Part shown: piece after piece, positions 12,751 through 24,530 of the stretch
Layout: every line of letters begins with the position of its first letter
Numbering within the stretch: the stretch's first letter is position 1
Source: Orbicella franksi
Taxonomy: Eukaryota
Reading direction: 5' to 3'
Length of the DNA stretch: 64,000 nucleotides
Assembly (NCBI GenBank): GCA_964199315.1
Contig: OZ116698.1
Span: 18,476,001 to 18,540,000 of the forward strand
Program-made: the position numbers and the translations under genes
The notes under the pieces: generated by a model
What the model was told of the DNA's origin: nothing
Seen by the model: the letters and a program-made list of their open reading frames with translations, nothing else
Databases searched by the model: none

Positions 12751-14088
12751 GCACGACGAAAAAATCACTATCACGATTTTGTTACATATCCCGAAGCACT
12801 CAGCAACTGTATTGCATGGACTTCAGCCTGGATGAACCAGAAAAGGATAAGTAACATGTTCCTATAATGTCACGCACGACGGTAAAATCACTATGACGAT
12901 TTGGTTACATATTCCGAAGCGCTCAGCAACTGTATTGCGTGGACTTCAGCCTGAATGAACCAGAAAGGATATGTAACATGTTCCTATAATGTCACGCACG
13001 ACGGAAAAAATAACTATGACGATTTTGTTACATATCCCGAAGCACTCAGCAACGGTATTGCATGGACTTCAGCCTGGATGAACCAGAAAGGATATGTAAC
13101 ATGTTCCTATAATGTCACGCACAACGGAAAAATAACTGTGGCGATTTTGTTACATATCCCGAAGTACTCAGCAACTGTATTGCATGGACTTCAGCCTGGG
13201 TGAACCAGAAAGGATATGTAACATGTTCCTCTAATGCCACGCACGACGGAAAAATAACTATGGCGATTTTGTTACATATCCCGAAGCGCTCAGCAACTGT
13301 ATTGCATGGACTTCAGCCTGGATGAACCAGAAAGGATATGTAACATGTTCCTATAATGTCACGCACGACGGAAAAAATAACTATAACGATTTTTTTACAT
13401 ATCCTGAAGTACTCAGCAACGGTATTGCATGGACTTCAGCCTGGATGAACCAGAAACGATATGTAACATGTTCCTATAATGTCACGCACAACGGGAAAAT
13501 AACTATGGCGATTTTGTTACATATCCCGAAGCACCCAGCAACTGTATTACATGGACTTCAGCCTGGATGAACCAGAAAGGATATGTAACATGTTCCTATA
13601 ATGTCATGCACGACGGAAAAATCACTATGACGATTTTGTTACATATCCCGAAGTACTCAGCAACGGTATTGCATGGACTTCAGCCTGGGTGAACCAGAAA
13701 CGGGTGTGTAACATTTTCCTATAATGTCACGCACGACGGAAAAAATAACTATAACGATTTTTTTACATATCCTGAAGTACTCAGCAACGGTATTGCATGG
13801 ACTTCAGCCTGGATGAACCAGAAAGGATATGTAACATGTTCCTAGGATGTCACGCACAACGGGAAAATAACTATGGCGATTTTGTTACATATCCCGAAGC
13901 ACCCAGCAACTGTATTACATGGACTTCAGCCTGGATGAACCAGAAAGGATATGTAACATGTTCCTATAATGTCATGCACGACGGAAAAATCTATGACGAT
14001 ATATTTTGTTACATATCCCGAAGCGCTCAGCAACTGTATTGCATGGACTTCAGCCTGGGTGAACCAGAAAAGGATATGTAACATGTTC
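12751..14088. repeat. Tandem array of 11 units of 122/123 bp with trimeric (~367 bp) higher-order structure
   Basis: GAACCAGAA recurs near 12834, 12957, 13080, 13202, 13324, 13447, 13569, 13691, 13815, 13937 and 14061. Degenerate unit remnants continue to ~14330. Confidence 0.97.
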
Positions 14089-15435
14089 GTGTGATATGAA
14101 CGAGCGAGGGAAAAATGACGATTTTGTTGTTGTTTTTGTTTCCTATAGTGTCACGCATTACTGAAAAATATGTGGTTTTTGTAAAATATCCTGTAGCACT
14201 CGGTAACGTAGAAATACTGCGAAGACGTTTGCGTGGGAAAACCAGAGCGGATTTATATGTGGCTACATGGTGATTTTACTATATATCTGGATTCGTCTTT
14301 CAGAAAACTGGTGTACCATGGACTTCAGTCCAGGGTCTAACCCACGGATGAAAATAGTCATTTAACATTTTAGTAGCTATCTAGTCCCCACACAATCTAA
14401 AAGCATGACAATGGGTGTAAGTTATGATATAAATAAAATATTAATCGGAAGACTTAACTTGGTGCATTTGACTTGTTGAGTTTTGAAGCTGTTGTCTTGA
14501 TTCGATGCTCTGGGAGGTTGGTCACGGGCAGCGCAAGCTGAAAACACTTTCTGGTTCTCTCCGTCGTTCTTGGGTGAATGAATTCATGTATAAATCAATC
14601 GTGCCTGGCGGTTTCGTTTGGTTTTCAACAGCTGTTTTATGGTTTAAGCGAAAACCAATCCAAATGTATAGTCAGGGCAGCTCCTTTGTTTCTCTTCCCG
14701 TGAAAAGAAAACCCACGCGCCTTCTTTAACTCCTCAAGGCAAATTCGATTGGAAACTGGCTCAATTTCGCACAAATGCGTCAGAGAGACACCATATCTTC
14801 TAACTCAGAGGCACATCTCGTTTTGTATCCGTTTTCAACGACCGATGACGGGTTCATTCGAAGTCGAAGTCTTTTTTTTCATATCTGACCGCGCAATATT
14901 CCCGCGTTATGAAAATTTACTATAAAATATCAATTATGTGGCCAGATCATATCTGAAAATAACCAGGTTGCTTTTGTACACAATTACTCTCACTGAAAGC
15001 AATTATCGCTAACCACAATAGAACCGCAAAAGTCTTGCGATGACAGCAACCTAACAGATAAATGACATCACCCCATAGCAACCGGACCTGGCGAATTTTT
15101 CAGCTTCCGGTTAGCTCTGGCTCGTGGCGAACTTAAATTGTGGTCATGTAAATGTTGTATGTGTTTAATAAAATGCATTCATGTTGAAAACGAGATGCTC
15201 CACGCTCAAGAGACATTGTCCACCAGAGACACTTATCACTACTACATCTATGGAAGACGTCGCTAATAAAGAAAAGCCGAACTGAATCTAAAAGACAGTT
15301 TTTGTTTTTTTTTCCGCATAAGCGAAGGTGTAGACGTCCGTTGCAGCCTCTAGTCGTTGCCGACATGAAACACTCTCCGCTGACTATTCAATGTGACACT
15401 CGTTGGTAGTGCACTGGGTCTTGATTGACTCATTT

Positions 15436-16389
15436 TCATGGATTGAGTGTGCCAAAGTTTGTAGTTGGCAGTTTCCATCCCTGATCTTTATTCCGTCGAT
15501 TTAATCCCAGTACAATTTTTACGGAGTGTTTCAGTTCGTTGATACGAAAAGTTGTCAAGAAAGGATTCACAGTTGAATTTACAAACAAGAACACTATGGA
15601 CGATTCTTTGAACGCGAAAAACCATCTTCGTTCGTCACAGTCATTGCATTTCTCATAAAGAAGAGTTATAACAAAATACGGGAGAAGAGAAACTGTTAGT
15701 AGAAGTAAAATGAGGAAAGAAGTTGCGGCGATCTTTCTCTCTATTTGTGCATTTTTCATTCGTTGAATATCGCGTAGCGTTGAGTTCCTGGCCGATATCG
15801 TTTGTTTTTGCAATACAACTCGCCCTCTTTTTCTCAAAAAGAAAAATATCGCTAAGTAGGCTACATTAGTTGTCGTAAGAGGAAAGGTGGTATGCAAATG
15901 AACATCTATTATACGGTAAACATCCATTGCAACTCCAGCAAACTGAAGTGAGGCAAAAATCGAGGAGCAGACACAAATGACTGCGTTGAATAGCACGACA
16001 TTTCTTGGGCTGATTTTGCGGCGATAGAAATGAGGCCAGACAATTGCAATGAGTCTGTCAACTGACATGGCAGTCGCCAAGAGAATGGAACTGTTAATTC
16101 CAAAGTATCCCAGTATTTTAACGACGTCTCCTTCTTGTGGAATTTGACCGTCTCCTGACGTACATAGAAGTCGCATCACTGCTTCTCCAGAGCATACCAC
16201 GGTACCAATGTACAGATCGACTGCAGTTATAAACATCAGGAACATCGAGAAAGATTTTCGGAAACAGCGCAAAGGATTTCTGTACAACACCACCATGATA
16301 AAGCCATTGGAAACTGAGATAAAAAGTAAAAGAAAAGCAAAGGCTATACCACTTCCTAGACACAATGATTTTTCGAAATCATGATTCAT
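15436..16389 (-). CDS. Intronless class A GPCR, 317 aa, orphan
   Basis: TM1 SN, TM2 AVD, TM3 SVDRL, TM6 LLPY, TM7 VNPF; seven hydrophobic segments. Confidence 0.9.
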   Translation of the reverse strand: MNHDFEKSLCLGSGIAFAFLLLFISVSNGFIMVVLYRNPLRCFRKSFSMFLMFITAVDLYIGTVVCSGEAVMRLLCTSGDGQIPQEGDVVKILGYFGINSSILLATAMSVDRLIAIVWPHFYRRKISPRNVVLFNAVICVCSSIFASLQFAGVAMDVYRIIDVHLHTTFPLTTTNVAYLAIFFFLRKRGRVVLQKQTISARNSTLRDIQRMKNAQIERKIAATSFLILLLLTVSLLPYFVITLLYEKCNDCDERRWFFAFKESSIVFLFVNSTVNPFLTTFRINELKHSVKIVLGLNRRNKDQGWKLPTTNFGTLNP

Positions 16390-17369
16390 GGTTAAAATTT
16401 TCTAGTGTTTCCATAAATTGCACAAGTGTTCTTTGCTTTTTTTTCTGCTCCTGTCGACTATAGACAAACAGGAACTGTATGCTAGAGTTACCTTCAGCAG
16501 TGCGCTGATATATTACGATCGTCATCGAACACCTGCCCAAAACAAGAATTCTTACATAAGTAGAAATTTAATATACTTTTTTTTAATATAGAAAATCGAA
16601 AAACATAGAAAAGAGTATCGCACCTATAGGCTCAGATAAATGAAAATCCAATAGCTCTGTAATTTATGATTTTGTGATAATTGGAACTTTGCAAAAAATT
16701 GGTTACAAAGTAGAAGAAGAACTTTTTATTACTACGATTTTCAGTGCAAAAAAACAGCAAACCGCGGTTTTGTTGCTTGAAACATTTTAATTTTCATTGT
16801 CTTGGTGTAGTTTTTGGTCAACAAGAGTTATCGTTATCATCTTGGCTAAAAATAAAACTAATTAACTTTGGAAATAAGTTTCTAGTGTTTTAGTAAATGG
16901 ACTGAGAAGTAAATGGAAATGGATATTTCATGTTGTTCCTAGACAGCTGTCATTATCTTGATTGAAAATAAAGCCGGCCTGCTTAGGAAATGACATGAAT
17001 TTCGTCGTGTTTAATTTAATGTTGTGAGAAGCGAGAGAGGTAGACTACTCTTTCTTTTGAGAAGTCATTAGAAATTTAAATTTCATACTGTTACAGGACA
17101 TCTGTCGGTAAAGGCAATAACAATAGGGACTACAGCTGTTCTGTTTACAAAATTTATTTGACTATTAAAATTTAATTTACAAACACTAAAAGCAAACCCA
17201 AAAATATATGTAACAACCTTGAACTCAGTATTTAGCTCGATCCGGTTTTGGGATCACATGGCAGGGCCCTCCAGTGTTCGGCAAGGCAGGAAGTTTCTGA
17301 CTTAAACAAGAGGAGGTTGTTAGTGTCGAGTAGAATGGTAAAACATTTAAAAATTTTTGTTGGAGTTAG

Positions 17370-17668
17370 AGGTATGGTGAAGTCTCATTATACGAGCCAA
17401 GTGGCCCATTAGGCCGGAGCTTATCCCGGTTTCTGTAGCACGAAGCGACTAGGAGTTTCTACTCCTTCATGAATGGGATGCTAGTCCATCGCAAGTTTGC
17501 TCCCAGCATTAAATTCGCCGGTACCCGTTTATACACCTGGGTGGAGAGCGGCACTGTGAGAGTAAAGTGTCTTGCTCAAGACCACAACACAATGTCCCCG
17601 GCCAGGGCTCGAACCCGGACCGCTCAATCCGGAGGCGAGCACATTAAACGCGAGGCCACCGCGCCTCC
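17370..17668 (-). mobile_element. tRNA-derived SINE, full length
   Basis: Minus strand begins GGCGCGGTGGCCTCGCG (A-box-like) with B-box GGTTCGAGCC, then a CORE-like segment (CTTGAGCAAGACACTT...GTATAAACGGGTAC). Near-identical copies at 27256 and 57234. Confidence 0.85.
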
Positions 17669-17995
17669 ACGCTGGAGTTAAAACTGATTTGTTTTGTGCG
17701 ATGTCATCGGTCGATAAAACTGGTCCCAGTTACCGAGATTCATCTAACGTTTAGACTGAAATCAAACAAAAACCAGTTATGGCAAGACAATCGTGATTTT
17801 ATCCGAGAGGTATCGGGTACCAAGCCACATATTAATTTTGGCATATTAAAATTAGTTCATAAAATCAACCAATCAGCATAAGCGTAGCACCAGTATTAGC
17901 GGAAGCTATGGCGTCACGTGCAAACCACTTGGCCTTGCATATTAATGATATCATTACTAGTTGCTGCGACTGACGTGGCTGACATCATTCAGGTT

Positions 17996-18033
17996 CACCC
18001 TGGTTCACTAGAATCCTCTAGTGAACCAGGGTG
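17996..18033. repeat. Perfect 17-bp-arm palindrome
   Basis: CACCCTGGTTCACTAGA-ATCC-TCTAGTGAACCAGGGTG. Confidence 0.9.
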
Positions 18034-18529
18034 CCGCATGAGTGATTGCCACTTTTCGTGACTTGCAAGGCTTGATCATTTTCTTTCAGTGTTTCCACAT
18101 CTCTCAACCAGTCAGTTACTAGCTTATCCATAACGTGAAAGAGCAGGCAATCACAAAGTAACGTTCACGGCAAGAATAAATAACATGTAATGCGTTTATG
18201 CAGAGAATTCCCAAAAGAATGGAAAAGGTCATGGTTTCGTTTGAGCTGTCAATTCATTGAACCACCCCCGCCGCGGGCCTTAGGATGTATAAGTATTGTT
18301 ATTCAAGTAAAGGAGCCATTTATGTAAAGGGTCCATAAGTAACTCGACGAACCCAGTCGGCTGGAAAGACTTATTCTAGGCAGAGAGGTTGCCGGTGAAG
18401 CATTCTTCTTCTTGTGCCTTTGCTTATGTAGCCAGTGAAAACGAATAATTAAGTTCTGTTATCTCATTGTGTGTTTGGAGTTGTCACTGAAGCGACCCGT
18501 TTCTTTCGTGATAAGACAAACGCCGTGAG

Positions 18530-18908
18530 ATGGCCTTAACACAGGAGTATTGGAGCATAGCGACGATGACGGGCTGAAACGAACTCATCAGGAGCGAGAA
18601 CGTCTGGGTGCAGTGACAGCGTTTTTGCTCTTTGGAATTTTAACGTACGCAGCATATTGCTTGGTCATCGCCGGTGCTCAAGATGTTATAGCCTAGACGT
18701 TTATTTAAACTTTTTTGGTCCTCATCGCGAACATTGGTCCGTAATTTTGTTGTTACGTTTATGGCACCAAATAGTGTCCCCAATTAGTTTTTTTTAAGCT
18801 TAATACTATTGACACTTTAATAAAGTCTACTCCTACTCCTTTGGAGTAGGTGTTGCTGAAATGACATTTTTGGCCCTCACTTCGTTTTATCAGGAGGTGG
18901 TATCGACA
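18530..18908 (+). pseudogene. CLN3-like pseudogene (exon 1 remnant)
   Basis: Translates as HQERERLGAVTAFLLFGILTYAAYCLVIAGAQDVIA*TFI*TFLVLIANIGP*, frameshift FVVTFMAP, an internal deletion, then YSFGVGVAEMTFLALTSFYQEVVST. No ORF is called here in the ORF track. Confidence 0.88.
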
Positions 18909-18945
18909 GATGAAGAAATTATATTCAATCAAGATTAGGGGAGGG

Positions 18946-19331
18946 AGGGAGGCGCGGCGGCCTCACGGTTAGTGCGCTCGTCTCCGGATCGAGTGGTCCA
19001 GCTTCGAGCCCTGGCCGGGCTCATTGTGTTGTGTCCTTGGGCAAGACACTTAACCGTCACGGTGCCTCTCTACCCAAGCGTATAAATGGGTACCGGCGAA
19101 CTTAATACAGGGGGGTAACCCTACAAAAGTCCATTTTTCCGCTACCTACCGTGAAAAGGTTTGAATTTGTATAGTTTCTACAAAATTTCGCAATTTTCCC
19201 TTGGCCTTACGTAAAGTCTTCATACGAACGAAGTGGCCCATCAGGTAGGAGCTTATCCCTGTTTCTGTAGCATGAAGCAACTAGGGAGTATTTCTATTAC
19301 CCCGTGTATGGAATGCTAGTCCATCGCAAGG
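18946..19331. mobile_element. tRNA-SINE split by a micro-inversion (5' half on +, 3' half on -)
   Basis: 18946-19122 is the SINE head through GGGGTAACCCT on +; 19212-19331 is the continuing part (GCGATGGACTAG...tail) on -. Confidence 0.75.
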
Positions 19332-19626
19332 ACTCCTGAAATGGTCGTTTCTTAGCATGATTACGTAATCTGCATACCAACGAATCTACATACTGACACA
19401 CAACTATCTTACACGAACAGCGTAAAAATTCTATATATTTGCACAGACATCAACAATGACAATAACTGAACAGCTATTAGAAATTTATTTCGCTTACCGT
19501 TTGATTTTTTTCCCCTTTCTTAGATCGGCCGGTTTTGGTCACTCACCTATTAGGCTGAAGTATCGCCCACGTTGTGGACCAAAACTCAGCTCAATGTTGG
19601 GAGTTAATTGAATGATCTGCAATTAA

Positions 19627-19901
19627 GGCTGTGTTCACACTTGGTGCCGGAACACTAGTGCCTGGCACTTGCGCAAAATAACGGTGCGTTCAGACACTGG
19701 GTACTCACAAGTACCCAAGTACCATTTAAGTGCCCGAGTACAAGGTTGAGACCTTGTACCCAAGCTCTGGCACTGTGCCCGAATTCTGGTGTGAGTAATG
19801 ATTAAAGATTAAAGATTAAAGAAAAAAGGTTTGTTCACATTAGTGCACAGCAAGAATGGGTTCTCTGGCACCGTGCTCGGCCATCAAGTGTGAACGTAGC
19901 C
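19627..19901. mobile_element. PIF/Harbinger-type MITE with TAA target-site duplication
   Basis: TIRs GGCTGTGTTCACACTTG / CAAGTGTGAACGTAGCC (15/17 match); TAA at 19624-19626 and 19902-19904. Confidence 0.85.
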
Positions 19902-20687
19902 TAAGACACACTCTGACACATATGCTGCCGGAGCTTCTCCCGGTTTAAACGTTTCTGTAGAAGTGAACCTAGAGGAGTAGTGAGTAGTGCTGCTCCCTCC
20001 ATAACTACTGGTCGGTTCTCATTGAAACTCATGGCTGAGTGAGTGTTACTGTGGGCAGTGACCCGCCTGGGTAGTGTTCGAACCCGCGAGTCACTAGATC
20101 TAGAGTCATTTTGTGACTGGCTTACCCAAGTAAATCTGTAACAGGAAGATAGCGGAAAAAACAACAATAAAACCGGTCTCTATTACAATAGTGGTAAAGA
20201 TCTAAGCACTCTTCATTATTCCTGCCAATACCGGTATAAAGGATCCATTTACGTGGCTTTGAACATTTATTTAAGTACTGAGTGAAGTTTGCTTCTTCCT
20301 TAGAAAAATGTGTAATTTCCTCTGTCTTTAACCAAGACATGCTCTTTACTCTGAATAATTCGATGCGCTTCCGATTAAGGGAGAACTAGCCTGCGTGATA
20401 AGCAGTGGACACCGCCGGGAGATAGACTACTTAATTAAAAGAGCGACACGTCCCACAGCATCGCAAGTCGTGGAAAACATAATGCTCAGTGATTTGGAAA
20501 GTTTGAATAGAACTTATGCAAATTTGTTGGTTCATGACAGTGAATTGATTGAAAAATTTGATTGCTTCACTAGTCAGATGGAACGATTCAATTATGGCAA
20601 AGAGAGCTGTGAACTCTGTACGCTTACTTTTCTAGGACGTTAGCAGTTACAAAAGCGCCACGACTGTGTCGCGTAATTAATTGGAAC

Positions 20688-23600
20688 ATGTCGGAATCCA
20701 GCAGAAGCCAAACAGCAGCTCTGTCAGTAGCTAACGACTGTGATGGGATTAAACTCAACAACGGACAGGAACGCGAGCGACTGCGCACAATCACAGCGTT
20801 TTTCATTTTTGGAACTTTGATTTACGCAACATATTCCTTAGTCATCGTTGGTGCTCAAGATATTCTAGCGGGAACGTCAATTCCAACTTCTATATCTCTC
20901 ATCGCATTGGTTACACCGGGTTTTCTTGTTACTTTAATCGCGCCTTATTTCATGCATAACATTCCGTATACTGCTCGCATAATAACGTTTTGTTGTACGG
21001 GAATCGGTGGTTTTCTCATGCTAGTGTTTGCCAAGCAAGTTCATTGGAAATTAATCGGAGTTGGGATTGTGTCGTTTGGAAGCAATTTTAGTGAAATCAC
21101 TATTTTGGCTCTCTCGTCATTTTATCACGAAGCAACGTCGACAGCCTTTTCTGCCGGAACGGGGGTAGGATATTTGATAGCTCCCTTATATTATACAGGT
21201 GAGTGTTTGTACTTAGCTGTTATTAACCGAGCAGGAGGTCTGTATGGGAGAATCTTGACCGAGGTGGTGAGTACAGACCGAACGCAGTAAGGTCTGTACA
21301 CACTTCCGAAGTCAAGATTCTCCCATACATACCGACTAAGCTGGCTTAATAAGACGTTTATAGCAGCATGATAGCGTCATTTGACTACAACTACCAGAAT
21401 TCTTTTCGTTTTTTCTTTATTCTATAAATTTTGAATTTCCAATGGGGTTTAAATGACAATTGCCCTAATTAACATAAGAAACAGAGAAAGTGAAGGACTC
21501 TGTTAATTGTAGTCAAATGACGCCATCATGCAAATCGCCTATTATATGGCAAACACAAAAAATCTAATTCGTTTTATGTAACTGTGGCTCACACTAGCTA
21601 ACTGATTTTGCTTGCGAACGGCGATGAGCTGAACTAAAATCTGCCAAAGTTTGCTCCTTCCTTACTTTTTTTTTTTCTCGTCAGGCTTTTCGGCACTTCC
21701 ACTAATATTTTTAGAAGAAAATTGTCAATATTCTTGTATTTTAAATTGCAACTTTTTCACCACAAAACGTTACTGGTCTAGATGCTGGTCTAGATGGGAA
21801 AATCTAATATCGATTTCAGCCAATCAAATTCGTGAATTTGGTAGTTCCCAGTCCTTGTAAGACAGAGCCATATAATAAGTTGAAACAAGCGCCAGTAATT
21901 CTTCCCATTTTTGTCATTGGAACATAATATAATCAGGATTTAAGAAGAATTTTTAGAAGGGGCTACGATTTCTCCAATTCATCACTTTTTACCAGAATGC
22001 GTTGCATTAATTAACCAGAGTGCACTGCGCCACATTTTCACACATCGCAGTGGACGCGTCCTTTACGCAGTCTGTCAACATTCTAGAGACATTCAATGCG
22101 TACCAGTATAGAATTTATAAGTTAGATTTCTGCTCCCACAATTTCCACACCTTTCGATTTTCGGGATCTGGTAAAGGGGAGGTCGATGTGTATCGTTTCA
22201 TGTCCAGTTCAGATCACTATGAGCTTTTTTGTCGCGATCCCTTGTCGCACCTCGCCATCGATGCGTCATCATGCATGAAGTTAATGCATACAAGGACAGA
22301 TTTGAAGTTACACACTACTTTAAGAAATAAAGGTTAATGTAAGTCTTGGAACGTGCAGGTAGATGAATCACTGCGTAAAATATGTCACTATCAACAAAAT
22401 GCGCCGCAGCATTACTATCTTTTGGATACCCTAGTCATACGGCTTGATTGCCCGCTGTTGAATGTGTCATTACTCCAGCAGTCCCACGATTTGCCCCAAG
22501 CAAAATCTGCGTCACTTGATTGGCTATTTCTAGGTCCTTCTGGGATTTCGGAATAAAAATAGTTTGGGACTGATTTACCTGGGTAATAAAAGCTTTATTA
22601 TTCATGTCTCGTAGCCATGACAACTTGGGCCTGTGTTTCACCAAGTGTAACAATTTTAATCATGGCGACCATGTTGCTTCTGGGCTTTGTCTGCTACTAC
22701 GTCATGGACAAGAAGCATTTAGAGTCTCCCAGTCCTCCAACGGATGAACATGCCGGAGTAGAGTACAGTGTTCTTAATACTCAAGGTAATATATTGTACA
22801 CGTAAATAGATCTGCACGTCTACCGGGTCTTGCAAAAGCTGGTTTTCAGTCAAGCATGAGCCAAGAAGAGACGTCTGTTACTTGGCGACCGCAAGCACAG
22901 GCTAGATTTCCCGAGTAGAAAATATTTGCAAAGCAAGGCTTAAAACTTAAATCCTTATGGTCCTTATGAACTAGACCGTACAGTCTGTTCCTAGATCCTT
23001 TTTTCCGAAAAATAAAGCTACAGGAAGTTATGAGGATAAGTATTATGATGACATTATTAGTGCGCTATCGTGATTCCACTCGGCTTAACCCATGAGGTTT
23101 CCGGCTGTCCTTAATAGTTGGTCACACAAGAACTAAAACTGAACAAACTCAAGTCAGACTTTGCACTTCAAAAAGTTACCGGCGTGGGAAGCCTCCCACC
23201 ATTTGGCATTCAACAATAGTATGTCCTAACTAGGAACATACACAAAAATGCCTTAGATTAGGACGGTGAGATATGACAAACTCGACTCAAGCCTGTCAGG
23301 AGAGGGGGGGAGGGGTGGGGGTGGTTCATCGCTGCGGGAAGAAGAAGAGCGAGTAAGTAGTCAAAGCTATCGTAAACCAAAAAGACTGAATGAAATTTGG
23401 GGAAAAGTAAGTTATCTTCCATAAGGAGTCCAGCCTAAGGAGGCTAGTTGACAAGTTAGAGTACCAAATATTGCAAAGTTCTGAAGATCGTTTTTTATGC
23501 AGAGTCCCAAGCAGGATTAAGAGAATTTTTGAGGGAATTTGAAAGGTAAAATTCCCTATTGACTGGCATAACAAAAAACTTGTTTTACTTTAACAGATGA

Positions 23601-24306
23601 TGGATGTCAGAACTCCAAAAGAGACGACAACAACAGCGTGGAATCAACAGAGGAGAACAGCAATGATGTTGGCTCTCTCTCTTGTCAAAAGATATTTATG
23701 ATCATTCGTCAGATGCTGCCTGGTCTGATATCGATTTATACTGCATTTTTCTCAGAATATATGATCATTCAATCCGTCGTTACAACACTAGCTTTTCCCC
23801 ACGCTCCCTTCAAACCACGTGACCACTATCAGTATTACATCTTTGTTCTCATGGGGGGTGAGGTGGTGGGAAGGTCATATCTTGTGGCATTGTCCTATGT
23901 CAAACCAGAATGGGCAGAAGAAGCTAAATTCCCGTATCTTTGGGTTCCCTCGACAATAGAAGCCACGCTTCTTCTGTTCTTCGTCCTGGCGGCCTGGTAC
24001 CGATTTTTACCGAGTGTGTGGATCGTTTTGCTGCTGGTATTTGCCAGTGGTGCAGTGGTTGGTGTTACCTATGTTAATGCAGTAACGTACTTTAGGGATA
24101 GCTTCAAGGACCGTGATAAGGAGTTCGCCATGGGGTTCTTCCTTGTGGCCATAACTGGGGGCGTTTTTGCTTCTGCTTTGTTAGGCCTTTACGTTGAGCC
24201 TACCTTACGCGAGCACTGCACAATGTTTACAAATAACAGCGACTTTTGCTTTACAAGATCAAAGTCCTTAGATCGTTTTACTTCAACATGTACTAAAATA
24301 ACCTGA
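20688..24306 (+). CDS. CLN3-like: CLN3/battenin-like, copy 2 (3 exons, 463 aa)
   Basis: Exons 20688-21198, 22615-22785, 23597-24306; GT-AG, phase 1/1; 1392 nt open to stop. Confidence 0.9.
21220..21878. mobile_element. Stack of three adjacent MITE/foldback elements in CLN3-2 intron 1
   Basis: (i) 21220-21352 foldback TTATTAACCGAGC...GCTGGCTTAATAA; (ii) ~21365-21543 with inverted CATGATAGCGTCATTTGACTACAA / TTGTAGTCAAATGACGCCATCATG; (iii) 21540-21878 TATTATATGGC...GCCATATAATA. Absent from the paralogous intron of copy 3. Confidence 0.8.
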
Positions 24307-24446
24307 TTAACTGATTAAAAAGCCGTTCTCACGTACATACAATTGTTTGTCATTTGCTATTATTTTTCTACTGAACTAGACTCGTCAGGACTGAGTATCA
24401 CCTCAGCTCGAGACAAGTAGAAATCATTGTGGTCTTGTGTTATCCC

Positions 24447-24530
24447 TCCCGGGTGAGGTTGGTCCTTCAAAGGAACTTGTTTGGTTGCGATCGATTTTGA
24501 CAAACTAAGCGGAAATCATCTTTAGAATGA
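24447..24530 (-). mobile_element. Degenerate Penelope-like terminal fragment with dead hammerhead
   Basis: Reverse complement aligns with the element at 37742-37860, but the core reads CUAAAGA...GUCAAAA. A truncated paralogue lies at ~29537-29590. Confidence 0.55.

Noticed and set aside
12751-14088. Array as CRISPR, as coding repeats (ORFs 12955, 13322, 13797) or as a hammerhead/retrozyme array
   Set aside because: There are no unique spacers or cas genes and the context is eukaryotic. The 122-bp units break frame, so the ORFs are by-products. The hammerhead-like words (CUGGAUGA..GAAA on +, CUGAAGU..GAUA on -) miss essential core bases or stems.
17600-17668. tRNA genes at SINE heads (also near 18951, 27480, 43882, 57440)
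   Set aside because: A/B boxes are present but run into the SINE body, and no full cloverleaf is seen.
17469-17754. Recurrent short ORFs such as ...[18 protein letters not shown]... (also 27273, 57315)
   Set aside because: They are translations of the SINE consensus, not genes.
20395-20643. 82-aa ORF upstream of CLN3-2 as a conserved uORF or gene
   Set aside because: The paralogous region in unit 2 has indels that break the frame, so it is not conserved even between recent duplicates.
21199-21290. C-terminal extensions of exon-1 ORFs in the ORF track (also 9903-9955, 26472-26530, 33220-33293, 37533-37720)
   Set aside because: These are read-through into introns past a conserved GT donor at YYT^G; homology resumes only in the next exon.
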